64,000 bases of DNA from Pseudomonadota bacterium (GTDB lineage Bacteria; Pseudomonadota; Alphaproteobacteria; Sphingomonadales; Sphingomonadaceae): assembly GCA_040388215.1 (NCBI GenBank), contig JAZKCH010000015.1, positions 17,771 to 81,770 on the forward strand, read 5' to 3'. Made by a program: the position numbers and the translations under genes. Below are positions 28,001-38,124 of the stretch, piece after piece. The notes beneath the pieces were generated by a model. It ran no database searches. It was not told the origin of the DNA and saw only the letters and a list, made by a program, of their open reading frames with translations. Positions within the stretch are counted from its first letter, which is position 1. Each line of letters begins with the position of its first letter.

Positions 28001-30285
28001 TCCGTTTCCGCCCGCTCGCATTCGCGCTGTTGATGACGTCCACCGCAGCGCTGGCCGAGGGCCCGAAGCTGATCCCGATGCCGGCCTCGGTCGAGGCGAA
28101 GGCGGGGACGCTGACGATCGGCGAGGGGACGGGGATCGTCGCCGGCGATCCGGGAGCGAAGACGGCGGCGCGGTTGCTGGTGCAGCAGGTGAAGGTCGTG
28201 CGCGGGCTGACGCTGGCGGGCGACGCGGGCACTGGGCCGATCCGGTTCGTGCGGGATGCAGGCGTTGCGGGTGACGAAGCGTATGTGCTGACCGTCGACA
28301 CGAACGGCGTGACGATCGCAGCGAGCGGCGACGCGGGGCTCGTCCACGGCGCGATGACGCTGGCGCAGTTGCTCAGCCCCGACGCGGCGATCGGCAAGCC
28401 GGTCGTGCTGGCGGCGATGACGATCCGCGACGCACCGCGCTTCAAGTGGCGCGGGCTGATGATCGATCCGGCGCGGCATTTCGTGCCGATGCCGACGTTG
28501 TACGCGATGGTCGATCAGCTCGCGGCGCAGAAGATGAACGTGCTGCATCTGCACCTGACCGACGATCAGGGCTGGCGGATGGAGATCAAGCGCTATCCCG
28601 ATCTGACGCGTATCGGCGCTTGGCGCACGCCGCCGTCGAGCGGTGGCGCGCCGGGGCCGAAGGTCGGCGGGGTCTATACGCAGGCCGAACTGAAGGCGCT
28701 GGTCGCCTATGCGAAGGACCGCGCGATCACGGTGGTCCCCGAGATCGACCTGCCGGGGCATGCGCAGGCGGCGGTGGCGTCGTATCCGGCGGAGGTCGGC
28801 GTGCTCGGCGATCGTCCCGCGGTCAGCCACGACTGGGGCGTGAATCCGTGGCTGTTCAGCCCGGAGGATCGCAGCATGACCTTCATCAAGCATGTCCTCG
28901 ACGAGCTGATGGACGTGTTTCCGTCGCAGTTCATCCATCTCGGCGGCGACGAGGCGGTCAAGGACCAGTGGGAGCGGTCGCCCGCGGTGCAGGCCAAGAT
29001 GAAGGCGCTCGGGCTGAAGACCGAGATGCAGATGCAGAGCTGGATGATCGACCAGCTCGGCGAGTATCTGGCGAAGCACGGCCGCCGCATGATCGGCTGG
29101 GACGAAATTCTCGAAGGGGGCCTGCCGCCGTCGGCGTCGGTGATGTCGTGGCGTGGCGAAAAGGGCGCGGTCGAGGCCGCCAATCAGGGCCATGACGTGG
29201 TGCTGAGCCCCGCGCCGACGCTGTATCTGGACAGCCTGCAGAGTACGCGTGGCGACGAGCCGGCGGGGCGAATCTCGGGCGGCGATGCGATCGTGACGCT
29301 TGCCGATCTCTACAAATACGAGCCCGAGCCGAAGGGCCTTGCGCCCGACAAGGCGCAGCATGTGCTGGGCGCGCAAATCAACGCGTTCAGCGAGTATTTC
29401 GTGACGCCAGAACAGTTGCAGCATGCGACCTTCCCGCGGCTGTCGGCGCTGGCCGAGCGGACATGGTCGCCGAAGAGTACGCAGGACTATGCAGGCTTCG
29501 TCGCGCGGCTGGAGCCTCAGATGGGGCGGTATGCGCGGGCCGGAATCGCGGCGGCGGACAGCGCGTTCGCGGTCGACTTCGCGGTGCAGGGCACGCGCGG
29601 CGATGCGCTGCGGGGGCGCAAGGTGCCGGTCACGCTGGCGACGCAGGCGGGCTATGGCACGATCCGCTACACGCTCGACGGCAAGGCGCCGACCGCGCGG
29701 TCGAAGGCCTATGCGTCGCCGCTGTCGCTCAAGCCTGGCGTGGTCGTTCGCGCGGCTGCCTTTACCAACGACGGGCGTCCGACTGCGGTGCCGCGGCTGT
29801 TCGAGACGAGCCGTGCCGCGCTGTTGCGCCGGTCGAATTCGGAGATGGTCGCGTGCCCGGGCGGGTCGCTCAACCTGCGCGTACCGCTGACCGCAGAGGC
29901 GACCGCGCTGGCACCGGTGTACAACATCAACATTTTCGACTCGTGCACGATGTATCCGGCCGCGCCGCTCGACGTGGCGCGGGGCTTCAGCGTCGATGTC
30001 GCGCGGCTCGCCCGGCATTACGGGCTGGCGCACGATGCGAGCAAGCTGGTGCCGCATTATGCGGTGACCACCTACGGCGAACTCGTCGTGCGCGCGGGCG
30101 GCTGCAAGGGGACGATCGCGGCGACCTTCCCCCTGCCCGACCCGGCGACGAGCCCCAACCGCATGACGTTCCGCGGCAAACTTCCCGAGGGGAAGGGTGA
30201 CGCCGACCTTTGCCTGCAATTTACCCAGTCGCTCGAGTCTCCGATCTATGCGGTGGACTCGATGCAGCTGACGGAGACGAACTGA
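27997..30285 (+). CDS. GH20 beta-N-acetylhexosaminidase
   Basis: ATGA overlap at 27997; Sec signal; DAPRFKWRGLMID, HLHLTDDQGWR and HLGGDE catalytic motif; chitobiase/FN3-like C-terminus. Confidence 0.95.
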   Translation: MIRFRPLAFALLMTSTAALAEGPKLIPMPASVEAKAGTLTIGEGTGIVAGDPGAKTAARLLVQQVKVVRGLTLAGDAGTGPIRFVRDAGVAGDEAYVLTVDTNGVTIAASGDAGLVHGAMTLAQLLSPDAAIGKPVVLAAMTIRDAPRFKWRGLMIDPARHFVPMPTLYAMVDQLAAQKMNVLHLHLTDDQGWRMEIKRYPDLTRIGAWRTPPSSGGAPGPKVGGVYTQAELKALVAYAKDRAITVVPEIDLPGHAQAAVASYPAEVGVLGDRPAVSHDWGVNPWLFSPEDRSMTFIKHVLDELMDVFPSQFIHLGGDEAVKDQWERSPAVQAKMKALGLKTEMQMQSWMIDQLGEYLAKHGRRMIGWDEILEGGLPPSASVMSWRGEKGAVEAANQGHDVVLSPAPTLYLDSLQSTRGDEPAGRISGGDAIVTLADLYKYEPEPKGLAPDKAQHVLGAQINAFSEYFVTPEQLQHATFPRLSALAERTWSPKSTQDYAGFVARLEPQMGRYARAGIAAADSAFAVDFAVQGTRGDALRGRKVPVTLATQAGYGTIRYTLDGKAPTARSKAYASPLSLKPGVVVRAAAFTNDGRPTAVPRLFETSRAALLRRSNSEMVACPGGSLNLRVPLTAEATALAPVYNINIFDSCTMYPAAPLDVARGFSVDVARLARHYGLAHDASKLVPHYAVTTYGELVVRAGGCKGTIAATFPLPDPATSPNRMTFRGKLPEGKGDADLCLQFTQSLESPIYAVDSMQLTETN

Positions 30286-32891
30286 TGCGTTGGACTGTAC
30301 TTCTCCTGCTCGCAAGCGCTGCTACCCCCGTCTGGGCCGCACCACGTACCAGCGTCGCGCTGGACAGCGGCTGGTCGATGCGGATCGATCCGGCCGACAC
30401 GGCTGCGGCGAAGGCGCATCCCAAGGCGGCACGCTGGCTCCGCGCGACCGTGCCGGGCAGCGCGCAGACCGACCTGATGGCCGCGAAGATCGTGCCGGAT
30501 CCGTACAAGGGCCTGAACGAGGCGAAGATCCAGTGGGTCGGGCTGACCGACTGGCAGTATCGCACGACCTTGCGGATGACCGCCGAACAGCTTGCGCGCG
30601 ACCATGTCGACCTCGTGTTCGACGGGCTCGATACCTTTGCCGAGGTGCGGTTGAACGGGACCAAGCTGCTCGCCGCGGACAATGCGCACCGGCGCTGGCG
30701 CGTGCCGGTCAAGGCGGTGCTGAAGCCGGGTGCGAACGAGTTGCTCGTCACGTTCCGCTCGCCGATCCGGATGTTGCAGCCGATGGTGCTGAAGGCGAAG
30801 AACCCGCTGCCCGGCGAATATGATTCGATCTATGGCGACGAGCCGATGGGCAAGCAGACCTCGCCCTATATCCGCAAGCCGAAATACCAGTATGGCTGGG
30901 ACTGGGGTCCCCGGATCGTCACGCAGGGGATCTGGCGCCCGGCGCGGATCGAGGCGTGGGACGACGCGCGGATCGAGGCGTTTCGCGTAACGCAGGAAGG
31001 GCTGACCAAGGCCGAGGCACGGTTGTCCGCCGAACTCGACGTGGTCGCGGGCGAAGAACGTCCCGTGACGGTGCAGGTCGCGGTCACCGGTCCCGATGGG
31101 CGCGTGTCGCAGGCGGCACGGACCGTCACCGTCGCGGCGGGTGCGAGCCATGTCGCGGTGCCGGTGAGCATAGCCAATCCGCAGCCCTGGTTCCCCGCGG
31201 GCTATGGTGCGCAACCGCTTTACACCGTCAAGGCGACGCTGACCGACGGTACCGCGACGATTGACACCGCGCAGCGCCGCACCGGCCTGCGCACCGTCGA
31301 ACTGCGCCGTGAGAAGGATGCGCAGGGCCGCGGGTTCGCGTTCGTCGTCAATGGCATCCCGGTGTTCGCCAAGGGCGCGAACCTGATCCCGTTCGACATG
31401 TTTCCCGCACGCGTGCCCGAGAGCCAGATTCGCACCGTCATGGCCGGCGCGCGCGACGCCAATATGAACATGATCCGCGTGTGGGGCGGCGGCTATTATC
31501 TCGACGACGCGTTCTACGACATCGCCGACCAGATGGGCTTGATGGTGTGGCAGGACTTCATGTTCGGCGGGTCCGTCACTCCCCCCGACCGCGACTTCCG
31601 CGAGACCGTCCGGATCGAGGCGGAGGAACAGGTCGACCGGCTCCAGGCGCATCCCTCGATCGTGCTGTGGGCGGGCAACAACGAAGTGCTCAGCGGCTGG
31701 GCGAACTGGTCCGACCGGATCGCGTACAAGAAGGCGGTCGGCGCGGACGAGCAGGAGCGGATCGGCGTCGGCATGGCGGTGATCTTCGACCGCGTGCTGC
31801 GCGATGCCGCCGAACGCCGCGATCCCGATGCGGTCTATTGGCCGGGCTCGCCGAGCAGCAACTACGAGGACAAGCCCGACATCGATAGCGATGGCGACCG
31901 GCATTATTGGGACGTCTGGGGCGGCAAGAAGCCGGTCGAGGCGTATCTCGACAGCTGCCCGCGCTTCATGTCCGAATACGGCCTGCAGTCGATGCCCGAG
32001 ATGAAGACGATCCGGACGTTCGCGACCGACGCGGACTTCTCGCCGACCTCGCCGGTGATGAAGGCGCACCAGAAGTTCCTCAAGGGCGAGGGTAACGACC
32101 GGCTGCTGTTCTACATCCGCGAGAAATACCGAGAGCCGCGCGACTTTGCGGAGTTCGTGTATCTGAGCCAGGTAATGCAGGCCGAGGGGATCGAACTCGC
32201 CGCGCTGCACCATCGTGCGTGCCGGCCGGTGACGATGGGGTCGCTGTTCTGGCAGATCAACGACGTCTGGCCGGGCGCGTCATGGGCGAGCATCGATTAT
32301 TACGGCCGCTGGAAGGCGCTGCAATTCCGGGCGCGGCGTTTCTACGCGCCGCTGGCGATCTCGGCCGAGCGCAAGGATGGGGCGACCAAGATCAGCCTGA
32401 TCTCGGACGCGACGGTGCCGACCGAGGCGGTGTGGCGGGTGCGGACGCTAGACGTCGACGGTAAGGTTCTCGCGACGACCGAGACGCCGGCGACGTTGGC
32501 GCCGTTGTCCGCAACCGCGGTCGCGACGCTGCCTGATGCGACGCTGTTCGCGGGTGGCGATCCAGCGCGGACGATCGCGGTGGCGGAGTTGCTCGTCGAT
32601 GGCCGCGTGACGTCGCGCGTGCTGGTGTCGGTAGCGCCGAAGACGATGACGCTGCCCGATCCAGGACTGACCGCGACATGGGCGGGCGATCGTCTGACGC
32701 TGACCGCGACGAAGCTGGCGCGCGCCGTGTGGCTCGATTTCGGCAAGGTCGAGGCGACGCCGTCGGACAATGCGTTCGATCTGCTGCCGGGGGAGAGCGT
32801 TACGGTGACTGTAGCGTCGAAAACGTCGGCGGCGGCGCTGAAACGCGCGCTGACGATCCGGACACTGGCCGGGCAAGTCGTTCCCAAGTGA
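30285..32891 (+). CDS. GH2 beta-mannosidase (paralog 1)
   Basis: TGATG coupling; YGWDWGP, NMIRVWGGG, WQDFMF, WAGNNE, SEYGLQS and WQINDVWP motifs. Confidence 0.92.
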   Translation: MRWTVLLLLASAATPVWAAPRTSVALDSGWSMRIDPADTAAAKAHPKAARWLRATVPGSAQTDLMAAKIVPDPYKGLNEAKIQWVGLTDWQYRTTLRMTAEQLARDHVDLVFDGLDTFAEVRLNGTKLLAADNAHRRWRVPVKAVLKPGANELLVTFRSPIRMLQPMVLKAKNPLPGEYDSIYGDEPMGKQTSPYIRKPKYQYGWDWGPRIVTQGIWRPARIEAWDDARIEAFRVTQEGLTKAEARLSAELDVVAGEERPVTVQVAVTGPDGRVSQAARTVTVAAGASHVAVPVSIANPQPWFPAGYGAQPLYTVKATLTDGTATIDTAQRRTGLRTVELRREKDAQGRGFAFVVNGIPVFAKGANLIPFDMFPARVPESQIRTVMAGARDANMNMIRVWGGGYYLDDAFYDIADQMGLMVWQDFMFGGSVTPPDRDFRETVRIEAEEQVDRLQAHPSIVLWAGNNEVLSGWANWSDRIAYKKAVGADEQERIGVGMAVIFDRVLRDAAERRDPDAVYWPGSPSSNYEDKPDIDSDGDRHYWDVWGGKKPVEAYLDSCPRFMSEYGLQSMPEMKTIRTFATDADFSPTSPVMKAHQKFLKGEGNDRLLFYIREKYREPRDFAEFVYLSQVMQAEGIELAALHHRACRPVTMGSLFWQINDVWPGASWASIDYYGRWKALQFRARRFYAPLAISAERKDGATKISLISDATVPTEAVWRVRTLDVDGKVLATTETPATLAPLSATAVATLPDATLFAGGDPARTIAVAELLVDGRVTSRVLVSVAPKTMTLPDPGLTATWAGDRLTLTATKLARAVWLDFGKVEATPSDNAFDLLPGESVTVTVASKTSAAALKRALTIRTLAGQVVPK

Positions 32892-35569
32892 TCCGCGTCG
32901 GTCGAATCCTGCTGGTCGTGATCGGCCTGGCGATGGCGGCCCCGGTGCTGGCAGAACCCGCGGCGCGGCCCGCGGCGGGGCCGATCACGCGCGTGTTGGA
33001 CACCGGATGGGAGGTTCGGCTCGCGCCGGGCGACGCCAACGCGGCCGCGCACAAGGCGGCGACACGCTGGTTGCCCGCGCGCGTGCCGGGATCGGTGCAG
33101 ACCGACCTGCGTGCCGCGCATTTGCTCGCCGATCCGTGGGTCGGCGAGGGCGAGCGTGCCGCGCAATGGGTCGGGCTGTCCGACTGGCAGTATCGGACCG
33201 TCTTCACGCTGGATCCGGCGACGCTGGCGCGCGCGAATGTCGATCTCGCCTTCGACGGGCTCGACACGTTCGCGACCGTCCGCGTCAACGGGACGGCCGT
33301 GCTCCGCGCCGACAACATGTTCCGCAGCTGGCGGGTCGCGGCCAAGGCGCTACTGAAGCCTGGTCGCAATGTCATCGAGATCGATTTCGAATCGCCGATC
33401 CGCAAGCTCCTGCCGCGCGCGCTGGCCGAGAAGGTGCCGTTGCCGGGCGCCTATGACACCGCGTTCGGCGACGAGCCGAAGGGCCGCCAGACCGCCAATT
33501 ACGTGCGCAAGGCGGCCTATCATTATGGCTGGGACTTCGCACCGCGGATCGTCACGATCGGCGTCGGCAAGCCGGTCCGGATCGAGGCGTATGACGGTCT
33601 CCGCCTGAGCGACTTCCATGTCGCGCAGGTGCATCTCGACGACAGCGTCGCGGTGCTCGATGCGGCGGTGGAGATCGACGCCGCGACGCCGCGGACCGTC
33701 GACGTGCGCGTGGATATCGCCGGCCCCGATGGCAGGACGCTGCATCTCGACCGCCGCGTTACTTTGTTTGCCGGGCTGAACCCGGTCGTGCTGCCGGTCC
33801 GGATCGAACGCCCGAAACGCTGGTGGCCGGTCGGGTACGGCAAACCCGATCTGTACGCGGTCACCGCGACCGTCACCGAAGCGGGACGCATGCTCGGCAC
33901 CGCGACACACGATATCGGACTGCGCACCGTCGAACTGCGCCGCGATACCGATCGCTGGGGGCGCGGCATGGCGTTCGTGATCAACGGCGTGCCGATCTTC
34001 GCCAAGGGCGCGAACCTCGAGCCCGCCGACAGCATCGCGTCGCGCGTCCCTGCGGCGCGCACCGATGCGGTGCTGGAGGCGGCGGTCGCGGCGAACATGA
34101 ACATGCTGCGGATCTGGGGCGGGGGCTATTATCCCGACGATGCGGTATTCGCCAAGGCCGACCGGCTGGGGCTGATGCTGTGGCAGGATTTTATGTTCGG
34201 CAACGCGCTGCCCGCCAACGACGCCGCGCTGCGCGAGAGCACGCGGCTGGAGGCGATCGACCAGGTCCGGCGGCTGCGCGACCACCCCTCGCTGGTGATC
34301 TGGAACGGCAATAACGAGGTCCAGACCGGGTGGGACAATTGGAGCGACCGCAAGGCGTTCGCGCGTGCGCTCGGGCCCGATGGGCAGGAGGCGTTCGGCG
34401 CGCACCTCCGCCGGTTGTTCGACAAGGATCTGCGCGCGGTCGTCAACACACTGTCGCCGACCACGCCTTATTGGGGTGGTTCGCCGACCACCGATTATGA
34501 CGGCATCTCCGAAGTGAAGACCGATGGCGATGTGCATTACTGGGATGTCTGGGCGCGGTCGCCGCTCGAGGATTACCTGACCACCGAAAACCGCTTCATG
34601 TCCGAATTCGGGCTGCAATCGATGCCGGGGCTGCGCACCACGCGCGAAATGCTGGGAGCGCGTCGCCCGGAGGACATGCCGGTCCAGATCGTCGGCAGCG
34701 CGTATGACAGCGGCAAGGGCAATGGCCGCATCCTCGGCTATATCCGCGCCGACTACGGCGAGCCGACATCGTTCGTCGACTATATCTATCTGTCGCAACT
34801 GCTCCAGGCGGAAGGCCTGGAGATGGCGGTGATCCACCAGCGCGCATCGCGTCCGCAGAATATGGGCACGCTGTACTGGACGCTCAACGACAGCTGGCCC
34901 GGACTGATCAATTCGATCTGGGCGGGGCAGGCCTGGGGCAGCATCGACTTCCACAATCGCTGGAAGGCGAGCCATTACCGCGCCCGGCGTTTCTATGCGC
35001 CGGTCACGATCGGCGCGCAGCATATCAAGGGCAATACCGTCGTCACGCTGATCTCCGACAAGCGCGAGGCGTTTCCGGCGCGCTGGCGGCTGCGGGTGAT
35101 CGACCGCGACGGAACGCAGCTGTCGGAACGCGGCGGCATCGTGGATGCGACGCCGCTCGCGGCGATGTCGCTGGGCAAGTTCGCCGACGCGGACCTGCTC
35201 GGCAAGGCGGATCCGTCGCGGACCTTCGCGGTGGCGGACGTGACCGTGGATGGCGCGGTCGTGGCGCGGCAGTTCGTCTATTTCGCCAAGGCGAAAGACG
35301 TCGCGCTGGCCGATCCCGCGCTGAAGGCGACCATCGTCGCCAGCCCCGGCGGTTATGCGCTGACTGTCTCGGCCAGATCGCTCGCGCGGGGCGTCTGGAT
35401 CGACTTCGGCGATTGCGACGCGACGCTGTCCGACAATGCCTTCGACCTCGCCGCCGGCGACACCGTGACGATCTCGGTCCGCTCCGATGCATCGCTCGCG
35501 ACGCTCCAACACGCCCTCTCGGTCCGCAGCCTGTTCGGCGCGACCGTCCCGACCAAGGCTACATCATGA
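32888..35569 (+). CDS. GH2 beta-mannosidase-like protein (paralog 2, diverged)
   Basis: GTG start overlapping the paralog 1 stop (GTGA); YGWDFAP, WNGNNE, SEFGLQS and WTLNDSWP motifs. Confidence 0.88.
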   Translation: MIRVGRILLVVIGLAMAAPVLAEPAARPAAGPITRVLDTGWEVRLAPGDANAAAHKAATRWLPARVPGSVQTDLRAAHLLADPWVGEGERAAQWVGLSDWQYRTVFTLDPATLARANVDLAFDGLDTFATVRVNGTAVLRADNMFRSWRVAAKALLKPGRNVIEIDFESPIRKLLPRALAEKVPLPGAYDTAFGDEPKGRQTANYVRKAAYHYGWDFAPRIVTIGVGKPVRIEAYDGLRLSDFHVAQVHLDDSVAVLDAAVEIDAATPRTVDVRVDIAGPDGRTLHLDRRVTLFAGLNPVVLPVRIERPKRWWPVGYGKPDLYAVTATVTEAGRMLGTATHDIGLRTVELRRDTDRWGRGMAFVINGVPIFAKGANLEPADSIASRVPAARTDAVLEAAVAANMNMLRIWGGGYYPDDAVFAKADRLGLMLWQDFMFGNALPANDAALRESTRLEAIDQVRRLRDHPSLVIWNGNNEVQTGWDNWSDRKAFARALGPDGQEAFGAHLRRLFDKDLRAVVNTLSPTTPYWGGSPTTDYDGISEVKTDGDVHYWDVWARSPLEDYLTTENRFMSEFGLQSMPGLRTTREMLGARRPEDMPVQIVGSAYDSGKGNGRILGYIRADYGEPTSFVDYIYLSQLLQAEGLEMAVIHQRASRPQNMGTLYWTLNDSWPGLINSIWAGQAWGSIDFHNRWKASHYRARRFYAPVTIGAQHIKGNTVVTLISDKREAFPARWRLRVIDRDGTQLSERGGIVDATPLAAMSLGKFADADLLGKADPSRTFAVADVTVDGAVVARQFVYFAKAKDVALADPALKATIVASPGGYALTVSARSLARGVWIDFGDCDATLSDNAFDLAAGDTVTISVRSDASLATLQHALSVRSLFGATVPTKATS

Positions 35570-38124
35570 TCCGCAATGCGCTGTTCGCTACCCCGCTCGC
35601 CGCCCTGCTCGCCACGTCCGCGCTTGCGCAGACGGTCGATCCGGCGGTCCGCAGCATGACGCTCGACGAGAAGGCGGCGCAGTTGCAGAGCGTCGCGCCG
35701 GCGATCCCGCGGTTGAACCTGCCGGCCTATGATTACTGGAACGAGGGGCTGCACGGGCTCGCGCGCAACGGCGTGGCGACGGTGTTTCCGCAGGCGATCG
35801 GCCTCGCCGCGACGTGGGACGAGGCGCTGCTCAGGCGGGTGGGCGATGTCGTGTCGACCGAGGCGCGCGCGAAGTCCAATGCGCTGCCGGCGGGCGACCG
35901 CGAACGCTATCAGGGGCTGACGATCTGGTCGCCCAACATCAACATCTTCCGCGATCCGCGTTGGGGGCGGGGGCAGGAGACGTATGGCGAGGATCCGTAT
36001 CTAACGGGGCGGCTGGGGGTTGCGTTCATCGGCGGGTTGCAGGGGCCGTACCTTGCGCATCCGAAGGTGATCGCGACGCCGAAGCATTTGGCTGCGCATA
36101 GCGGGCCCGAGGCGGGGCGCGACGGGTTCGATGTCGATATCTCGCCGCACGACCGCGAGGCGACGTTCCTGCCTGCGTTCCGGATGGCGCTGACCGAGGG
36201 CAAGGCGCTGTCGACGATGTGCGCATATAATGCGATCCACGGGGTTCCCGTGTGCGCGTCGGCGCCGTTGCTCGACCAGACGGTGCGCAAGGAGTGGGGC
36301 TTCAAGGGACTGATCGTGTCGGACTGCGATGCGGTCGGGAATATCTCGAACTACCATTATTATCGGCCGGATAATGCGAGCGGATCGGCGGCGGCGATTT
36401 CCGCAGGGATGGATTTCAATTGCGGGCGTACGTACGCGGCGCTTGGCGATGCGGTGCGGCGGGGGCTGGTGCCCGAGGCGACGCTCGACACGAGCCTGAC
36501 GCGGACGTTTGCGGTGCGGCGGATGCTGGGCGGCGCGTTCGGGGCAACGAGCCCGTGGGACAAGATCAAGCCGACCGAATTCGACACGCCTGCGCACCGT
36601 GCGCTGGCGCTGGAGGCTGCGCGGAAGGCGATGGTGCTGGTCCAGAACAACGGCGTGTTGCCGCTTAAACCGTCGGCGAAGATCGCGGTCATCGGGCCGA
36701 ATGCCGACAGCGTCGACGTGCTGGAGGCGAATTATCACGGTACGGCCGCGGCGCCCGTTACGCCGTTGGCGGCGCTGCGGACGGCGTTTGGCGGCGTGCG
36801 GTATGCTCAGGGGTCGAGCATCGCCGAGGGTGTGCCGGTCCCGGTGCCCGACACAGCGCTGTCGCTGCGCGGCGAGTATTTCCGGGGGAGCGATTTCGCG
36901 GGGACTCCCGTGGTGCGCGCCGACCGGACGATCGACTTCGATTGGGATCGCACCGCGCCCGCGCCGGGGATCGATCCGGCGGCGTTCTCGGTGCGCTGGA
37001 CCGGCACGATCACCGCGCCGGCGGCGGGCGAGTATGTGTTCCGGCTCGACGTGCCGCGCTGCTTCGACTGCAAGGGGCATGATCCCTCGCGGTTGTGGAT
37101 CGACGACAAGCTGGTCGCCGATGACGATGGCAGCGGCAAGGCCGTCGAGGCACCGGTGACGCTGACCGCCGGACCTCACGCGATCCGTGTCGAACTCGCG
37201 CATAGCGGTGAGGACCAGGGGCTGCGGCTGACCTGGACTGCGCCGGCCGACGCACAGGTTGCGGAGGCGGTTGCTGCCGCCAAGGATGCCGACGCGATCG
37301 TCGCGTTCGTGGGGCTGTCGCCCGCGGTCGAGGGCGAGGCGTTGCAGATCGGGGTCGCCGGGTTCTCGGGTGGCGATCGGACCGATATCGGGCTCCCCGC
37401 CGCGCAGATTCGCCTGCTCGAAGCGGCGAAGGCGACCGGCAAGCCGCTGGTGGTCGTGCTGATGACCGGCAGCGCGGTCGCGATGACCTGGGCGAAGGCG
37501 CATGCCGACGCGATCCTGGTCGGCTGGTATCCGGGGCAGGCTGGCGGGCAGGCGATCGCCGATACGCTGGTTGGCAAGAGCAATCCGGGCGGGCGACTAC
37601 CGGTGACGTTCTACGCGAAGACGCGCGATCTGCCTGCGTTCATCGACTACAACATGCGTGAGCGGACCTATCGGTATTTTACCGGCACGCCGCTGTGGGG
37701 CTTCGGACACGGGCTGAGTTATACGCAGTTCGCGTATGCTGCGCCCAAACTCGCGCGCAACACGATTGCGGCGGGGGAGAGCGTCACGATCGAAGTACCG
37801 GTGCGTAATACCGGCAAGGTTGCGGGGGACGAAGTGGTGCAGGCGTATCTCGTGCCGCCCGAGCCGGCGGTGAAGCCGCGCTTCAACGATCCCGTCCTCC
37901 AGCGCCAGTTGGTCGGGTTCAGGCGCCAGACAGTGAAGCCGGGTCAGACGGCGCGCGTGGCATTTACGATCGATCCGCGGGGGATGAGTAGCGTCGATGC
38001 GGCGGGCAATCGAAGTGTCGTGCCGGGCGAATACCGGCTGCAGATCGGTGGCGGCCAGCCAGGCGACGGGCCGGGTGTCGAGACCGTCTTCACCGTGACG
38101 GGAAGCAAGGATTTGCCGAAATGA
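35566..38124 (+). CDS. GH3 beta-xylosidase/glucosidase with inserted PA14 domain and FnIII C-terminus
   Basis: WNEGLHG, FPQAIGLAATWD, WSPNINIFRDPRWGRGQETYGEDP, KHLAAH and VSDC motifs; FSVRWTG (PA14). Confidence 0.93.
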   Translation: MIRNALFATPLAALLATSALAQTVDPAVRSMTLDEKAAQLQSVAPAIPRLNLPAYDYWNEGLHGLARNGVATVFPQAIGLAATWDEALLRRVGDVVSTEARAKSNALPAGDRERYQGLTIWSPNINIFRDPRWGRGQETYGEDPYLTGRLGVAFIGGLQGPYLAHPKVIATPKHLAAHSGPEAGRDGFDVDISPHDREATFLPAFRMALTEGKALSTMCAYNAIHGVPVCASAPLLDQTVRKEWGFKGLIVSDCDAVGNISNYHYYRPDNASGSAAAISAGMDFNCGRTYAALGDAVRRGLVPEATLDTSLTRTFAVRRMLGGAFGATSPWDKIKPTEFDTPAHRALALEAARKAMVLVQNNGVLPLKPSAKIAVIGPNADSVDVLEANYHGTAAAPVTPLAALRTAFGGVRYAQGSSIAEGVPVPVPDTALSLRGEYFRGSDFAGTPVVRADRTIDFDWDRTAPAPGIDPAAFSVRWTGTITAPAAGEYVFRLDVPRCFDCKGHDPSRLWIDDKLVADDDGSGKAVEAPVTLTAGPHAIRVELAHSGEDQGLRLTWTAPADAQVAEAVAAAKDADAIVAFVGLSPAVEGEALQIGVAGFSGGDRTDIGLPAAQIRLLEAAKATGKPLVVVLMTGSAVAMTWAKAHADAILVGWYPGQAGGQAIADTLVGKSNPGGRLPVTFYAKTRDLPAFIDYNMRERTYRYFTGTPLWGFGHGLSYTQFAYAAPKLARNTIAAGESVTIEVPVRNTGKVAGDEVVQAYLVPPEPAVKPRFNDPVLQRQLVGFRRQTVKPGQTARVAFTIDPRGMSSVDAAGNRSVVPGEYRLQIGGGQPGDGPGVETVFTVTGSKDLPK

